This document shows positions 10,901 through 19,427 of a DNA stretch of 29,764 bases, piece after piece. Made by a program: the position numbers and the translations under genes. Origin of the DNA: a virus. Its lineage: Duplodnaviria; Caudoviricetes. Positions within the stretch are counted from its first letter, which is position 1, and the number at the start of each line of letters is the position of its first letter. Below the pieces are notes generated by a model. That model was given only the letters and a program-made list of their open reading frames with translations. It was not told the origin of the DNA and did no database searches. The DNA lies in the IMG/VR virus record IMGVR_UViG_3300021963_000475, positions 1-29,764 of that record, one strand, 5' to 3'.

Positions 10901-13900
10901 GTCACGAGTCCCGGAATTGTTCTCGGTATAAAAACGGGAGATGCAACGGGTAGTAATACTTCTGGGGTTTCTGGTTTCTGGACTGGTATTGACGGTGTCA
11001 AGCGCTATGTAAAGCAATATGCTGATCGGAATCAGGCTGTTGGCGAGGTCATCGCTAACGAGATCTATCGTCGTCTTAGTGCTGGCGCTCCGGTAAGCAA
11101 GATCACTTCAAAGTACAGTGACGATACTCAGTTTGTTGCTAACGACATTATCGACGTCTTCAAATTTGAGAAGTCGTCTTTTGATGTAGACGAAATTCAG
11201 CAGTTGTCGGAAAAAATTGTTGACCGTATTGTTGCTGATTTGTGGCTAGCGAATTGGGATGCGGTTGGAGTAGGCGGGGAAAACATTGGCATTACCGTCG
11301 AGACAAATATTCCCGTGCGCCTTGATCAAGGCGGTGCGCTGTTCCACCGTGCTCAGGGAGAACTAAAGACTAGTGCCCAACTGGATAACTTTAGTATTGA
11401 GGATTTTGTTACTCAGAATCCGAACTATAAGGCAGTGATTAACAATGCTGGGTACGAGAATGTCGCGGACATTGAGGGTCTTGGTCTCCAACTTCTTGCT
11501 ATCCATAAACTTATTGACGATTCTGGTGGCCTATCTCGTTTTGTCGACGATCTTACAAATGATCTTGACGTAAGCCAATCGTATAAAAGCGACCTCTACA
11601 ATCTTCTTGAGAGGAGGCTCGCCGTTCTTGACGAGCAAATCAGGATTTCTGATAACGACTTGGCGCTGTGGAAAAAGTCTTTTGCTAAGTCTGATGAAAC
11701 TGTTGGTGACGTTGGCGATGCCGACTTGCCTACGCTTACGCCTGCTCAAGTTTCGTCAATGAAAAGTTCTCTGAACTGGTATATGGGAAGTGGCTACTGG
11801 GATATCAACACTGCTCTTAGGGGAAGCAGTCCAATTAACAGCAGTGTTCAGAAGTCTATTGACAATATGGACAGCCTCTTTGATCTAGCACCTGTAACTG
11901 AAAAGCCTATGATTCTTTTCCGTGGTATTGGAGATCCGGGTACATACGATGATATTCAGGCTGGGGAGATTATTGCTGATAAGGGATTTCTTTCTACGTC
12001 GTTCAAGCCAATGACTGCTGAGGGTTTCGGTGGATCACAGGGTCAGAAGGGGATTGTTCTTGAGATTTATTTGCCTGAGGGGAGTAAGGCTGTATATGGG
12101 CATGGCGCTGCGCATGAGGGTACTGGGACGCTTAGCGCTACGTCTTTTGCTGGTGGCGAAAACGAAGTAATCCTTCCTCGCGGGACAGAGTTTTACATTA
12201 CGGATGTTGCGAATTATGGAAGTGGCGCCAAACTCGCTCGTGTTTATGCGATTACTCCGGGTAGCAAGTTCTCTATCGAAGATATTCCAGAGTTTGGTGG
12301 AACTAAGCAGAAGGGAATGATTGAGGAAGCGCTTCCGAAGAAGTTGGAAAAGAAGCAGTTGGCTGTTCAGGCGAAGAAGGCAATTGAGGATCAGTCTAAT
12401 TACGAGAGCGTTGTTGCTGATCTTGAGAATGCTAAGCGTGAATACACGGCTATTGACGACGCGTTGAAGGATATTGACATGATCGCTGAGTCGCTTATGC
12501 GTGACGTGATTGAGTCCGGCGCTATCCCAACTGGCGCTCGTGTGCATATCCCGACGCTTGGTAGTCCTAAGGGCGCTAAGAAGACTGTGCTTCCTAAGGA
12601 GGCGCTTGCTGGTCGTGGTCGTCCTCGCGACATGCTCAATATTTATACGGGGCAGTTTGCTTTGCTTGGTTCGGTTGAGGATCTTGAGCGGTTCTCTGGT
12701 GCTCTTGCGCGCAATCTCCGTATTCCGTTTGTTGCGTTTGAATCTGTTACTCGGTTTACTGATTACTTGATGCGTACCGGTACTACGATCAAGTTTTCTG
12801 GTGATAAGGCCGCGTTTAAGAAGCAGAAGGCTGATCTTCTTGAGGCTGGAATTATCAACGGCAATGGAGAACTTGGTTCTGATTATGTTGTTCTGCCGGT
12901 TAACGAGCAGACTGGTTTTCTTGATGCTGACTCTTTTGCCAAACTTGACTTCAAGAGGGCTGAGGAGGTTGGCACAAAGGGGCGTAGTGATGCTGGAGTT
13001 GATGACGCGCAGATTGCCGTGATCTTTGAAAAGGCCCTGAACGACAATGCGTTTGACAATCTTGATTCGATCAAGCCGGGAAGCCGCGTTGTCATTCTTA
13101 GCAAAAAGCGCCTTGATTCGTTGAAGAAGGAGATGGCTGCCGCCGCCGAGAGTCCCGGTCTATTGCGAAGGATCACTCGCCAGTGGGTTCGCTTTACTCT
13201 TACGACCCTCCCTCGTACTCCGATTGCGAATATCGCTGGCTCTGGTTTGTTGTCTGCACTCGGTGGTGGACTTGGCGGATACCCGGAGGCAATGCGTATG
13301 CTGCGTCGTGGTCAGGCTCCGCCAGAACTGTTGAACAATGGTTTGGCTGGTTCGTTTGACGAGGGTGGAGATCTCGTTATTGCTCCTGAGCGTGGCGCCA
13401 AGTTCCGTGGTGCCCAGCGTTACATGAACTACATCTATTACTACAACGTAATGGGCGAGGACCTTGCTCGCTTGTCAGTATTCATGCAGGCCATGAAGCG
13501 CGGCCTGAAGGACCCGAAGACTCGCGCCAAGATTGATGCTGAACTCAAGGAAGTAATGGATCTTAACGATTCCTTCCAGACCCTTCTTGAGGCTGTCTCT
13601 CGTGGAGAGTTTGCGAATGGCAAGGCGCTTACACCAGAGTTAATCAAGATTCGCGATAACGCTTTGCAGAAGGCTGATGATTTTCTTGGTGGCGCTCGCG
13701 GGTTGACGAGTCGTCAGCGTCTTGTTACTACTGCTGTCCCGTTCTGGATGTGGTACAAGCACATCTTCAAGTTGTACTTCTATACGCTTCCGTTCAAGTA
13801 TCCGGGTCGGTCGCTTGCCCTGAATGCGATGGCTCGCCTTGGCGCTGAGGAGTCTGCTCGTAATGGCTTCTACGATTCGTTCTACGAGGATGCAATTAAG

Positions 13901-14503
13901 GTTGGCGAAGAGGCGTTCGGTAGCAACATTTATTCCAAGGGGCTTGCTACCAACATCTTCCCGTTCAACTTTGGTGGCGCTCTTGAGTACGACGAGGGCG
14001 CTCCGGGTGTCCAGTTTGCGCTATCGAACATTGCCCCGACGATTACTGTTCCTGCTCGCCTCGCTGGTATTGGCATCCCGGGTGCTCCAGTCATTGGCGC
14101 TGGCGGAGAGCGCCTGAAGCCGGGCGACGTGTTCGCTCCGGGTTATGCTGAGGCTGCCGTATCTGAGGCGGAGAAGTTGTTTGCTCCCCTTGGTCTTGCC
14201 CAGAGCACACTCGCTCCGCGATCTAGTCTCATCTTTGATGCGTATCGTCTTGCCGCTGGTCAGCCGTTGCCTGAGGCGCAGCAGCGTGGTGAGGGTGAGC
14301 AGTACGCCGTCACTCCGCGTGGCGCTGCTGGCCTTGGGTTGCCGCAGTCTGTGCTTGATATGTTCATGCGCAGTTTTGGTTTGAGCGTTGTCCGCACGCC
14401 TGTCAGGGGGCCGGTTGCCGAGCGGCGCATTCGTGACGAGCAGGCTCGCCTTGAGGAGGAGGCGCGGAAGCGCTATCGCGAGAGCCTTGGGTTAGACTAC
14501 TAG
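7976..14503 (+). CDS. Very large internal virion (ejection/polyvalent) protein with inserted kinase-like and ADP-ribosyltransferase domains
   Basis: Probable TTG start at 7976, just after the upstream stop. Kinase-like motifs YVK, EVIANEIY, DLWLANWD..N, RLDQGG (about 10950-11630). R-S-E ART motifs Y..INTALRG, LFRG, FLSTS, ENEVILPRG (about 11735-12260). C-terminal PFWMWY region resembles large phage ejection proteins. Confidence 0.8.
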   Translation: MPPLPRNPKRGPIVITSGPGRPAPIKKQPLPAYGPYKLPLTDVEKRIVIKKRTPKYIDTPQGRIATGGGGVGFFTKGDKGKIMGRVRERAMEREGALRDKVERQRVAASEPRLAAPPLPSLKSVVRETKKEDSNTGFLEGLADDIGLDDFYRDNVLPTVGRAFGQMFENAKETYGVSVVAPGLNIARTVADATGVSDKIDEPFDYAANLVKGGAGIAKTQGFDRAKPYVAGVIDGASKLGKGGVEAVGKVDDFLQTEVPVYDSVKTWTDRNAVQPSKDAAVEVLSRVTDQPINKRIDKADEFDRNFVYQANDITQRGMERETAAPQERRDVWVQMALGEFDDPAWEGYKSPFTREQLERMSDYELANAAYGTHTSTIASLFEAAKNDLKKIGAMPAAIGALSRQIQDANDKGDFRGLGNMAEFLVRQGVSNMVALSKANLYVMTGGKAGNYQDLVRALQAEPILTGLDVASTATIYGKAATFGLKSGGALTKAGAVASRVPGAVPAGRVIARGAEAAAARPIAGAPLRAAATTGRGLRRIADVEEVQVRDPAMAAVGDIAGATVGADRTFRPSSSFFSKSASLLRKRLYEGNNPVSRAIYKRGEVADASKFRAIASAVVEELGTERAAPVVKAFKEIFDEDPNVALRVMWDLSGSESFKMPEGLGGRVVDLTPGKRADELEGVLAGQLWVRRGGKDGDDAFRFSDASPGEGWANVVTKKPKGMPKGTVIKLSKIEKANIEQSILLLRKIDELPEDVVARAKERLDAPYREQFGETIGKRIGGRNAPEGSLTDVLQLQELQNMRSLDRLGVNIDPRIADISPGVQSRLSERFGIGKPTSIGRRDVAGIARLQDETIARLMPLVGDEFRAEIEKILSEQKLEVSKRLVDLENKKVAIEKSKENLSEFVDNIDELDAEISLLEEKLGALNAENPEVVQLTHQEAWRFASKAADFWKKLYGKANGGAGSVDAPTWKDSPVTSPGIVLGIKTGDATGSNTSGVSGFWTGIDGVKRYVKQYADRNQAVGEVIANEIYRRLSAGAPVSKITSKYSDDTQFVANDIIDVFKFEKSSFDVDEIQQLSEKIVDRIVADLWLANWDAVGVGGENIGITVETNIPVRLDQGGALFHRAQGELKTSAQLDNFSIEDFVTQNPNYKAVINNAGYENVADIEGLGLQLLAIHKLIDDSGGLSRFVDDLTNDLDVSQSYKSDLYNLLERRLAVLDEQIRISDNDLALWKKSFAKSDETVGDVGDADLPTLTPAQVSSMKSSLNWYMGSGYWDINTALRGSSPINSSVQKSIDNMDSLFDLAPVTEKPMILFRGIGDPGTYDDIQAGEIIADKGFLSTSFKPMTAEGFGGSQGQKGIVLEIYLPEGSKAVYGHGAAHEGTGTLSATSFAGGENEVILPRGTEFYITDVANYGSGAKLARVYAITPGSKFSIEDIPEFGGTKQKGMIEEALPKKLEKKQLAVQAKKAIEDQSNYESVVADLENAKREYTAIDDALKDIDMIAESLMRDVIESGAIPTGARVHIPTLGSPKGAKKTVLPKEALAGRGRPRDMLNIYTGQFALLGSVEDLERFSGALARNLRIPFVAFESVTRFTDYLMRTGTTIKFSGDKAAFKKQKADLLEAGIINGNGELGSDYVVLPVNEQTGFLDADSFAKLDFKRAEEVGTKGRSDAGVDDAQIAVIFEKALNDNAFDNLDSIKPGSRVVILSKKRLDSLKKEMAAAAESPGLLRRITRQWVRFTLTTLPRTPIANIAGSGLLSALGGGLGGYPEAMRMLRRGQAPPELLNNGLAGSFDEGGDLVIAPERGAKFRGAQRYMNYIYYYNVMGEDLARLSVFMQAMKRGLKDPKTRAKIDAELKEVMDLNDSFQTLLEAVSRGEFANGKALTPELIKIRDNALQKADDFLGGARGLTSRQRLVTTAVPFWMWYKHIFKLYFYTLPFKYPGRSLALNAMARLGAEESARNGFYDSFYEDAIKVGEEAFGSNIYSKGLATNIFPFNFGGALEYDEGAPGVQFALSNIAPTITVPARLAGIGIPGAPVIGAGGERLKPGDVFAPGYAEAAVSEAEKLFAPLGLAQSTLAPRSSLIFDAYRLAAGQPLPEAQQRGEGEQYAVTPRGAAGLGLPQSVLDMFMRSFGLSVVRTPVRGPVAERRIRDEQARLEEEARKRYRESLGLDY

Positions 14504-14504
14504 C

Positions 14505-15089
14505 ATGGCGACCTACTTTAATGACATTGCTCCTACGCTTGCTAAGCGAAGCAAACTAAATATTGGTATGCCGCTTAGTGGTGTGTCGCGCGAGGATGCC
14601 ATTGCTGTTCCTAGTGATCCTCGCTTTGATGCAAAGGCCGGGTCTGCGCCTTCCGAGATGAAGTATGGTGGCGCTCAGGACGGCCGTGTGTTTAACATTG
14701 GCGGCTATCCGGTCGCAACAAGGGGGAGCATTATTGGCACTCCGGGCGCGGGGACGCATAGTCTTGGCAACTGGGAATCGGATAACGCAATTGATATTGC
14801 TTCCAAGAATGGTACTCCTATTCTCGCTACGCAGGATGGGACAATCTCTAGGACGTTTGCTAGCAGCATGGATCCTAGTAGTCAGAAGGCTGGCATTCAG
14901 GTTCACTTCAACACTGGGGATAACGAGTGGTTCTATACGCACTTGTCTCGCCTCGCTGGTGGTATCAAGGCCGGTACCAAAGTGAAGAAGGGTCAGGTCA
15001 TTGGTTACAGCGGTAGCGCTAACGGCGTTGGCCATCTCCATCTTGGCGTGAAGAACGGCAATCCCCTTGACTTGTTGGGGCTACGGTGA
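14505..15089 (+). CDS. M23 family metallopeptidase (possibly virion-associated)
   Basis: H..NAIDIA..GTPILA..DG, YTHLS, G.KVKKGQVIGYSG, HLHLG. Confidence 0.9.
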   Translation: MATYFNDIAPTLAKRSKLNIGMPLSGVSREDAIAVPSDPRFDAKAGSAPSEMKYGGAQDGRVFNIGGYPVATRGSIIGTPGAGTHSLGNWESDNAIDIASKNGTPILATQDGTISRTFASSMDPSSQKAGIQVHFNTGDNEWFYTHLSRLAGGIKAGTKVKKGQVIGYSGSANGVGHLHLGVKNGNPLDLLGLR

Positions 15090-15322
15090 GCGACGAAAAC
15101 GTTAGCGTCATCTTGCATCGCCTTGAGGAGATGGACAAGAGGCTTTGTGAGATCCACGAAGAGGTAAAGAAGACCAATGGTCGTGTAACTTCTTTGGAGA
15201 TTGAGAATGCTAAGTGGAAGGGATTCTCTGAGGGGCGTCGTATTCACGGTATGATCGCGGCCAGTGTTATTAGCGGTGGAATCCTTGCTGCTATGATCTG
15301 GTTTGTTACTACGGCTATCTAG
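15086..15322 (+). CDS. Holin-like membrane protein (coiled coil plus C-terminal TM)
   Basis: KKTNGRVTSLE coiled-coil motif, hydrophobic C-terminus, upstream of the endolysin. Confidence 0.55.
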   Translation: MSDENVSVILHRLEEMDKRLCEIHEEVKKTNGRVTSLEIENAKWKGFSEGRRIHGMIAASVISGGILAAMIWFVTTAI

Positions 15323-15343
15323 TACACCCCAACTGGAGAAGAG

Positions 15344-16078
15344 ATGCGTACTCTTACTTTGACTTCGCCCGTCATGCGCGGCGAGGATGTCAGGACAGCG
15401 CAGCGTAGGCTGAATAACTTTGGTTGTTTCGCTGGAGCAGAGGACGGCGTGTTTGGAGAGCAGACCGCTCGCGCTTGTTCGCAGGCTAAGTGGATCCTTG
15501 GTTATGCGAACAAGGATGTGAAGCCAATCTATGGCGACGCGCTAAACGATTACCTGCTTGGTTTGCGTAAGCCTAACCTCGTGATGCGGCAGCGCGCTAA
15601 GAGCCGGTCGAATGGTAAGACGCTTGGCGAGAAGGCGCTGAAGATTGGTCGCGGCTTTGTCGGCGTCAAGGAGGATCCGCCGAATTCAAACCGCGTGATG
15701 TTCTCCGAGTGGTACGGGATCATCGGGCCGTGGTGCATGATGTTTGTTACCTACTGTTTCGCGAAGGCTGGTAGCAGGGCGTTCAAGCGTGGCGAGCGGT
15801 GGGCGTACTGTCCGTTCGCTGTGGATGACGCGCGTGCGCAGAAGGGTACGAGCATTGTTGCGCGCGGCGAGGAGGCTGGTGGAGATATTGTGTTCTTCTC
15901 TTGGAAGCGTGATGGCGTTGCCAATCATGTCGGCATCCTTATCAGCGTGAATAAGAATGGGACTATCCTTACGCTTGAGGGTAATACCAGCGCGGGAGAT
16001 GACTCTGATGGCGGAGAGGTGCAGGTGCGCACCCGCGACATTGCCGATGTTCTCTGCTATGTGCGGGTGGTTATCTGA
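15344..16078 (+). CDS. Endolysin: N-terminal peptidoglycan-binding domain plus CHAP catalytic domain
   Basis: GEDVRTAQRRL..DGVFGEQT..A (PG_binding_1). PWCMMFV, GDIVFF, HVGI, LEGNT (CHAP). Confidence 0.9.
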   Translation: MRTLTLTSPVMRGEDVRTAQRRLNNFGCFAGAEDGVFGEQTARACSQAKWILGYANKDVKPIYGDALNDYLLGLRKPNLVMRQRAKSRSNGKTLGEKALKIGRGFVGVKEDPPNSNRVMFSEWYGIIGPWCMMFVTYCFAKAGSRAFKRGERWAYCPFAVDDARAQKGTSIVARGEEAGGDIVFFSWKRDGVANHVGILISVNKNGTILTLEGNTSAGDDSDGGEVQVRTRDIADVLCYVRVVI

Positions 16079-16977
16079 TGCGACTCCTCAAGGTACGCGA
16101 GGACTTCTCTAAGACTGTCCCGCATGTAAACCTGTATCCGATTGGCGATACGCACCTTGGTGCCATTGACACGGACGAGGCTACGCTCCGCGCCGACATC
16201 AAGAAAATCGCTGACGATCCGTTCGCTCGCATCATCTTCATGGGCGACTGTGGTGACTGCATTACTCATCGCGACCCGCGCTTTGCGGCTGGCATGTGGG
16301 CGCAGCGCTACATCGAAGCGATGCACCATGAGGGTGGCGTTATTACTGAGACGGTTGAGCACGTCGCAGAGTTATTCGATCCGGTTCGGGATAAGATATG
16401 GGCTTGGCTTTCGGGCAACCATGAGCGCACGATCCGTAAGCACACTGATCGCGAGATCGGCAACGAGATCTGTGCTCTGCTTGGTATCCAGTCGAAGTAC
16501 CTTGGGTACGGCGGATTCGTCCGGGTGGAGTGGCATCGCTCGTCCACGAACTCTGGGGCGCAGGCTGTCACCGTGATCGACGCTATGCATGGCTGGCAGG
16601 GTGGCCGCAGGTCTGGTGCGAAGTTGAATCAGATGGAAGTGGAGTTGTCTTACACGGATGCTGACATGATTTTGCGTGGTCATTCGCATGATCGTGTCGC
16701 TCAGGTGATCCAGTCGTTGCGCGTTGCGCGTGGCGGTGTGCAGGATTGGCCTCGCGTCATTGCTCACACTGGAACGTACAAGCAGGGCTGGGTCGATACT
16801 GGCAATGATGAGACGCACGATACTTGGGAGGAGACTAGGGGTTTCCGCAAGCGCGGCTCTGCGACTACTGGCCCCCCGGTCATCACGATTATTCCGACCC
16901 TTTCTCTTGATCGCCCTAGCCGTGTGCGCGAAGGCGGTACACTTAATGCAAGCGTCAACTACGAAGTGAGGATCTAA
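16078..16977 (+). CDS. Calcineurin-like metallophosphoesterase
   Basis: IGDTHLG, FMGD.GD, GNHE, HG, GHSH motifs in the canonical order. Confidence 0.88.
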   Translation: MRLLKVREDFSKTVPHVNLYPIGDTHLGAIDTDEATLRADIKKIADDPFARIIFMGDCGDCITHRDPRFAAGMWAQRYIEAMHHEGGVITETVEHVAELFDPVRDKIWAWLSGNHERTIRKHTDREIGNEICALLGIQSKYLGYGGFVRVEWHRSSTNSGAQAVTVIDAMHGWQGGRRSGAKLNQMEVELSYTDADMILRGHSHDRVAQVIQSLRVARGGVQDWPRVIAHTGTYKQGWVDTGNDETHDTWEETRGFRKRGSATTGPPVITIIPTLSLDRPSRVREGGTLNASVNYEVRI

Positions 16978-16978
16978 A

Positions 16979-17161
16979 GTGAATCTCAATCCTAAGATTG
17001 CGTCGGCTGGTATTGCCGGTGCGCTGACCATTGTACTGATGTGGCTCGTTAGCCTGTTTGGCGTTGAGGTCCCTGCTGAGGTAGCGTCGGCTATCACCAT
17101 CATCATCGCGTTCGCTGCCGGGTACATTCGCCCGCAGGGTTCGTGGTCGCCGCGTGACTAG
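16979..17161 (+). CDS. Holin (two TM helices)
   Basis: 60 aa with two hydrophobic segments (KIASAGIAGALTIVLMWLV; VASAITIIIAFAAGY), in the lysis cassette. Confidence 0.75.
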   Translation: MNLNPKIASAGIAGALTIVLMWLVSLFGVEVPAEVASAITIIIAFAAGYIRPQGSWSPRD

Positions 17162-17366
17162 CGGCTTCCTCTACCGGCTCAACAAGCAGATCCTTCAAGC
17201 GCGAGAGCGCGTCATCAGCGGCCAGTTGTGGGCTGCCGATGACGCGCTCCGTGAGATACAGCGTCAGATCATTAGGGAACTATACGGTGATGTTGAGCAG
17301 GCTCCGCGTCAGAGGCTGGTCAGTCGTGGGATGCATCGCAGCCGCAAGCCTCACACGGGGGCGTAA
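17154..17366 (+). CDS. Hypothetical protein
   Basis: Overlaps the holin stop. Its 3' end overlaps a convergent ORF. Confidence 0.4.
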   Translation: MTSGFLYRLNKQILQARERVISGQLWAADDALREIQRQIIRELYGDVEQAPRQRLVSRGMHRSRKPHTGA

Positions 17367-17454
17367 CCCCGACTCGCTGCCAGCACGGGTATTCGCAGTC
17401 TTCGTCGCAGACGCAGTGCGGCGTGCTGATCTTGCCGTCCTTATGCGGAGTCAT
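17320..17454 (-). CDS. 44-aa Cys/His-rich peptide (not in the ORF track)
   Basis: Translated by hand: MTPHKDGKISTPHCVCDEDCEYPCWQRVGVTPPCEACGCDASHD. ATGA overlap with the upstream gene's stop. Confidence 0.55.
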   Translation of the reverse strand: MTPHKDGKISTPHCVCDEDCEYPCWQRVGVTPPCEACGCDASHD

Positions 17455-17837
17455 TCGGACTCTTCGCTTTCCGTCTGTGTTGCTGGGTTTTCCCATGTGC
17501 TTAGACTAGCGCGCGTTGCCCACGCTAGGTTGGCGACCTTGGCTTCGTTCCACGATGCATCTGGGTCGGTGTACTTTCGCGCAAAGTCGTAACGCGCTTT
17601 GTTCATGGCGAGGTATAAGACCATGTCGTACGCCTCTTCGCGCATGTTTTCGTGGAAGGTGTCCCACTTCCAGTCAAGCCATTCGCCGTCGTGTTCCTCG
17701 CAGCCAGCGATGTAGCGGCGCTTCAGAACTTCTCGTAGGGTTGCTGGGCGTAGGATGTCCCAGATGTGAAAGTCAACTATTTCTCTAATCGAACTTTCGA
17801 TGTGCTTTTCAATGTCGTCCCAGATTTCAGAACTCAT
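17451..17837 (-). CDS. Hypothetical protein, possibly all-alpha NTP-pyrophosphatase-like
   Basis: G..EH..W..MREEAYDMVLYL has an EExxD acidic helix. Weak similarity only. Confidence 0.4.
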   Translation of the reverse strand: MSSEIWDDIEKHIESSIREIVDFHIWDILRPATLREVLKRRYIAGCEEHDGEWLDWKWDTFHENMREEAYDMVLYLAMNKARYDFARKYTDPDASWNEAKVANLAWATRASLSTWENPATQTESEESE

Positions 17838-18294
17838 CTTCGCTCTCCAGTTCTTGCGCTAGGCGCGGGTGTAGTTTCGCCATCTGCTCGTAGGTGACGG
17901 TGAACTCTGTGCCGTCGTGGCGAGTGCATGTCTTCGGGCCTTCATGCTTTAGCCTAAGCATATGTTCCCTGAGGCTTAGCACCTGATTGGTTCCACTCGC
18001 GCATCCCTCATCACAGTAGGGCTTGCCGTTGACTTCAAGGGTTACGCTTGGTTGGAGGGGTGCCCCACACCGTTCGCAGGTATTGAATCCAAGCGGAGGT
18101 GTTACTGCGCCTAGCAGTCGGTCGCGTTGCTTTAGTAGCCATGCCGGGTCTTCCTTTGCTTGTGCCCGTGCTCGCTCTACTTTGTAGCGTAGGTACGCTG
18201 ACGGGTTGTCGATAATCATACCTTTGTCTTTGTCCTTCTGCACTGCCTCTTCGGCTACAAGCGTCAGGATCTTATCCATGTATTCGTCGTTCAC
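17827..18294 (-). CDS. Hypothetical protein with Zn-finger
   Basis: CERC..YCDEGC motif, plus an NPSAYL motif. Confidence 0.55.
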   Translation of the reverse strand: MNDEYMDKILTLVAEEAVQKDKDKGMIIDNPSAYLRYKVERARAQAKEDPAWLLKQRDRLLGAVTPPLGFNTCERCGAPLQPSVTLEVNGKPYCDEGCASGTNQVLSLREHMLRLKHEGPKTCTRHDGTEFTVTYEQMAKLHPRLAQELESEDEF

Positions 18295-18914
18295 TTCTTC
18301 TCTTCCCCGCTAAGCCACTGGATGTCTTGGTCAGTCAGTTCGATGGACTGTAGTGTTTCGATGCGATGAGCGAGAGCGATGCAGATTGCGTCTCGCTGAT
18401 CCTCTGTCGCTTTTTCCCACTGACTGCCAACCTGTGGGACGTTCTCTTGGATTGCGGCATGGATCCTATCCTTCATCCGCCCTCCCTCTGGCAGCGGGTA
18501 CTCCTTGCGGAGGATGCTCTGCCATGTCGTCGGCGAGTACCACTCTGTGTGCGGGCCGCAGGCTGCCGACACCGCGCCTACTAGGGGCATCAACTTGCCG
18601 CCGAATCCGACGGGCGATTCGATAGCGACGCTTGTGATGTCAACGCTGTCGTGGATGATGTCTAGTAGACCTGCGGTTTTGTAGTGGACTTCGACGCATC
18701 GCTCGTTCGGCTTCTTCGTGTCGATGCTGAACATTAGTGCGCCCGTGTCGGTCAGGTCGCCCATCGCCGGAATGATCCCAAGTGCGATGAACTTAGTACT
18801 GATGTCGATGCCGACGACGACTGGCTTGCGATCTGCCGGGTCTTCGTGAGGCGGATACAGCATGCTGGTGATGCACGACGGGCAGTCGCACAGTGTGTCT
18901 GGATTAGCGGTCAT
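18291..18914 (-). CDS. RuvC-like Holliday junction resolvase
   Basis: VVGIDIST, VAIESP, P.TWQ, DQRDAICIA (RNase H-fold catalytic D/E/D/D). Confidence 0.75.
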   Translation of the reverse strand: MTANPDTLCDCPSCITSMLYPPHEDPADRKPVVVGIDISTKFIALGIIPAMGDLTDTGALMFSIDTKKPNERCVEVHYKTAGLLDIIHDSVDITSVAIESPVGFGGKLMPLVGAVSAACGPHTEWYSPTTWQSILRKEYPLPEGGRMKDRIHAAIQENVPQVGSQWEKATEDQRDAICIALAHRIETLQSIELTDQDIQWLSGEEKK

Positions 18915-18981
18915 GTCTTCCTGACAGTAGATAGGCGATAAGGATAATGATTGCCAGCCCGATGACTTGGCTTGTGTTCAC
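18904..18981 (-). CDS. 25-aa single-TM peptide
   Basis: GTG start overlapping the upstream stop (GTGA). Sequence MNTSQVIGLAIIILIAYLLSGRHDR. Confidence 0.45.
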   Translation of the reverse strand: MNTSQVIGLAIIILIAYLLSGRHDR

Positions 18982-19427
18982 TTCCACGAACCGTCGCTGT
19001 TGAACCCGTAGAAGCCGATCATCTCGCTGCACTCCCACCCGGTGTAGCCGTAGCCGGGATAGGTCTTTTCTGCCCACTTGTAGAACCGCCACGATGCGGA
19101 GATCTGTTCAATGGGCGTTGCCTGATGCATGTCTTCGGGCTGACCCTTGCGCTTGAACGTGTCCCACAAGAGATTGGTCATGCCCAATCCCCCCTTGAAT
19201 GAGTGGTTGTGAGACTGGTGCCATGCGACACCAGCCCACTTACCCTTGCGCCCTGATGGCTGCTCGCACGCGCCAATCTTTAGGGCTGTGTCCACCCAGT
19301 ATTTGGGCGGAGTCGTTGCTCCCTGTGCGTTGCTCTGTCCCCACATGAATGCGCCGACGATGACGCATGTGAAGATCACACCGCAGACGAAGCCACGATC
19401 CCACTGATTAGAACGGGACATCGCCAT
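18978..19427 (-). CDS. Rpf-like (resuscitation-promoting factor) lytic transglycosylase with N-terminal TM/signal
   Basis: IGACEQ (catalytic Glu), FKGGLGM..W, ATP.EQI.A and GWEC match the Rpf domain pattern. Hydrophobic N-terminus ending in AQG. Confidence 0.72.
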   Translation of the reverse strand: MAMSRSNQWDRGFVCGVIFTCVIVGAFMWGQSNAQGATTPPKYWVDTALKIGACEQPSGRKGKWAGVAWHQSHNHSFKGGLGMTNLLWDTFKRKGQPEDMHQATPIEQISASWRFYKWAEKTYPGYGYTGWECSEMIGFYGFNSDGSWK

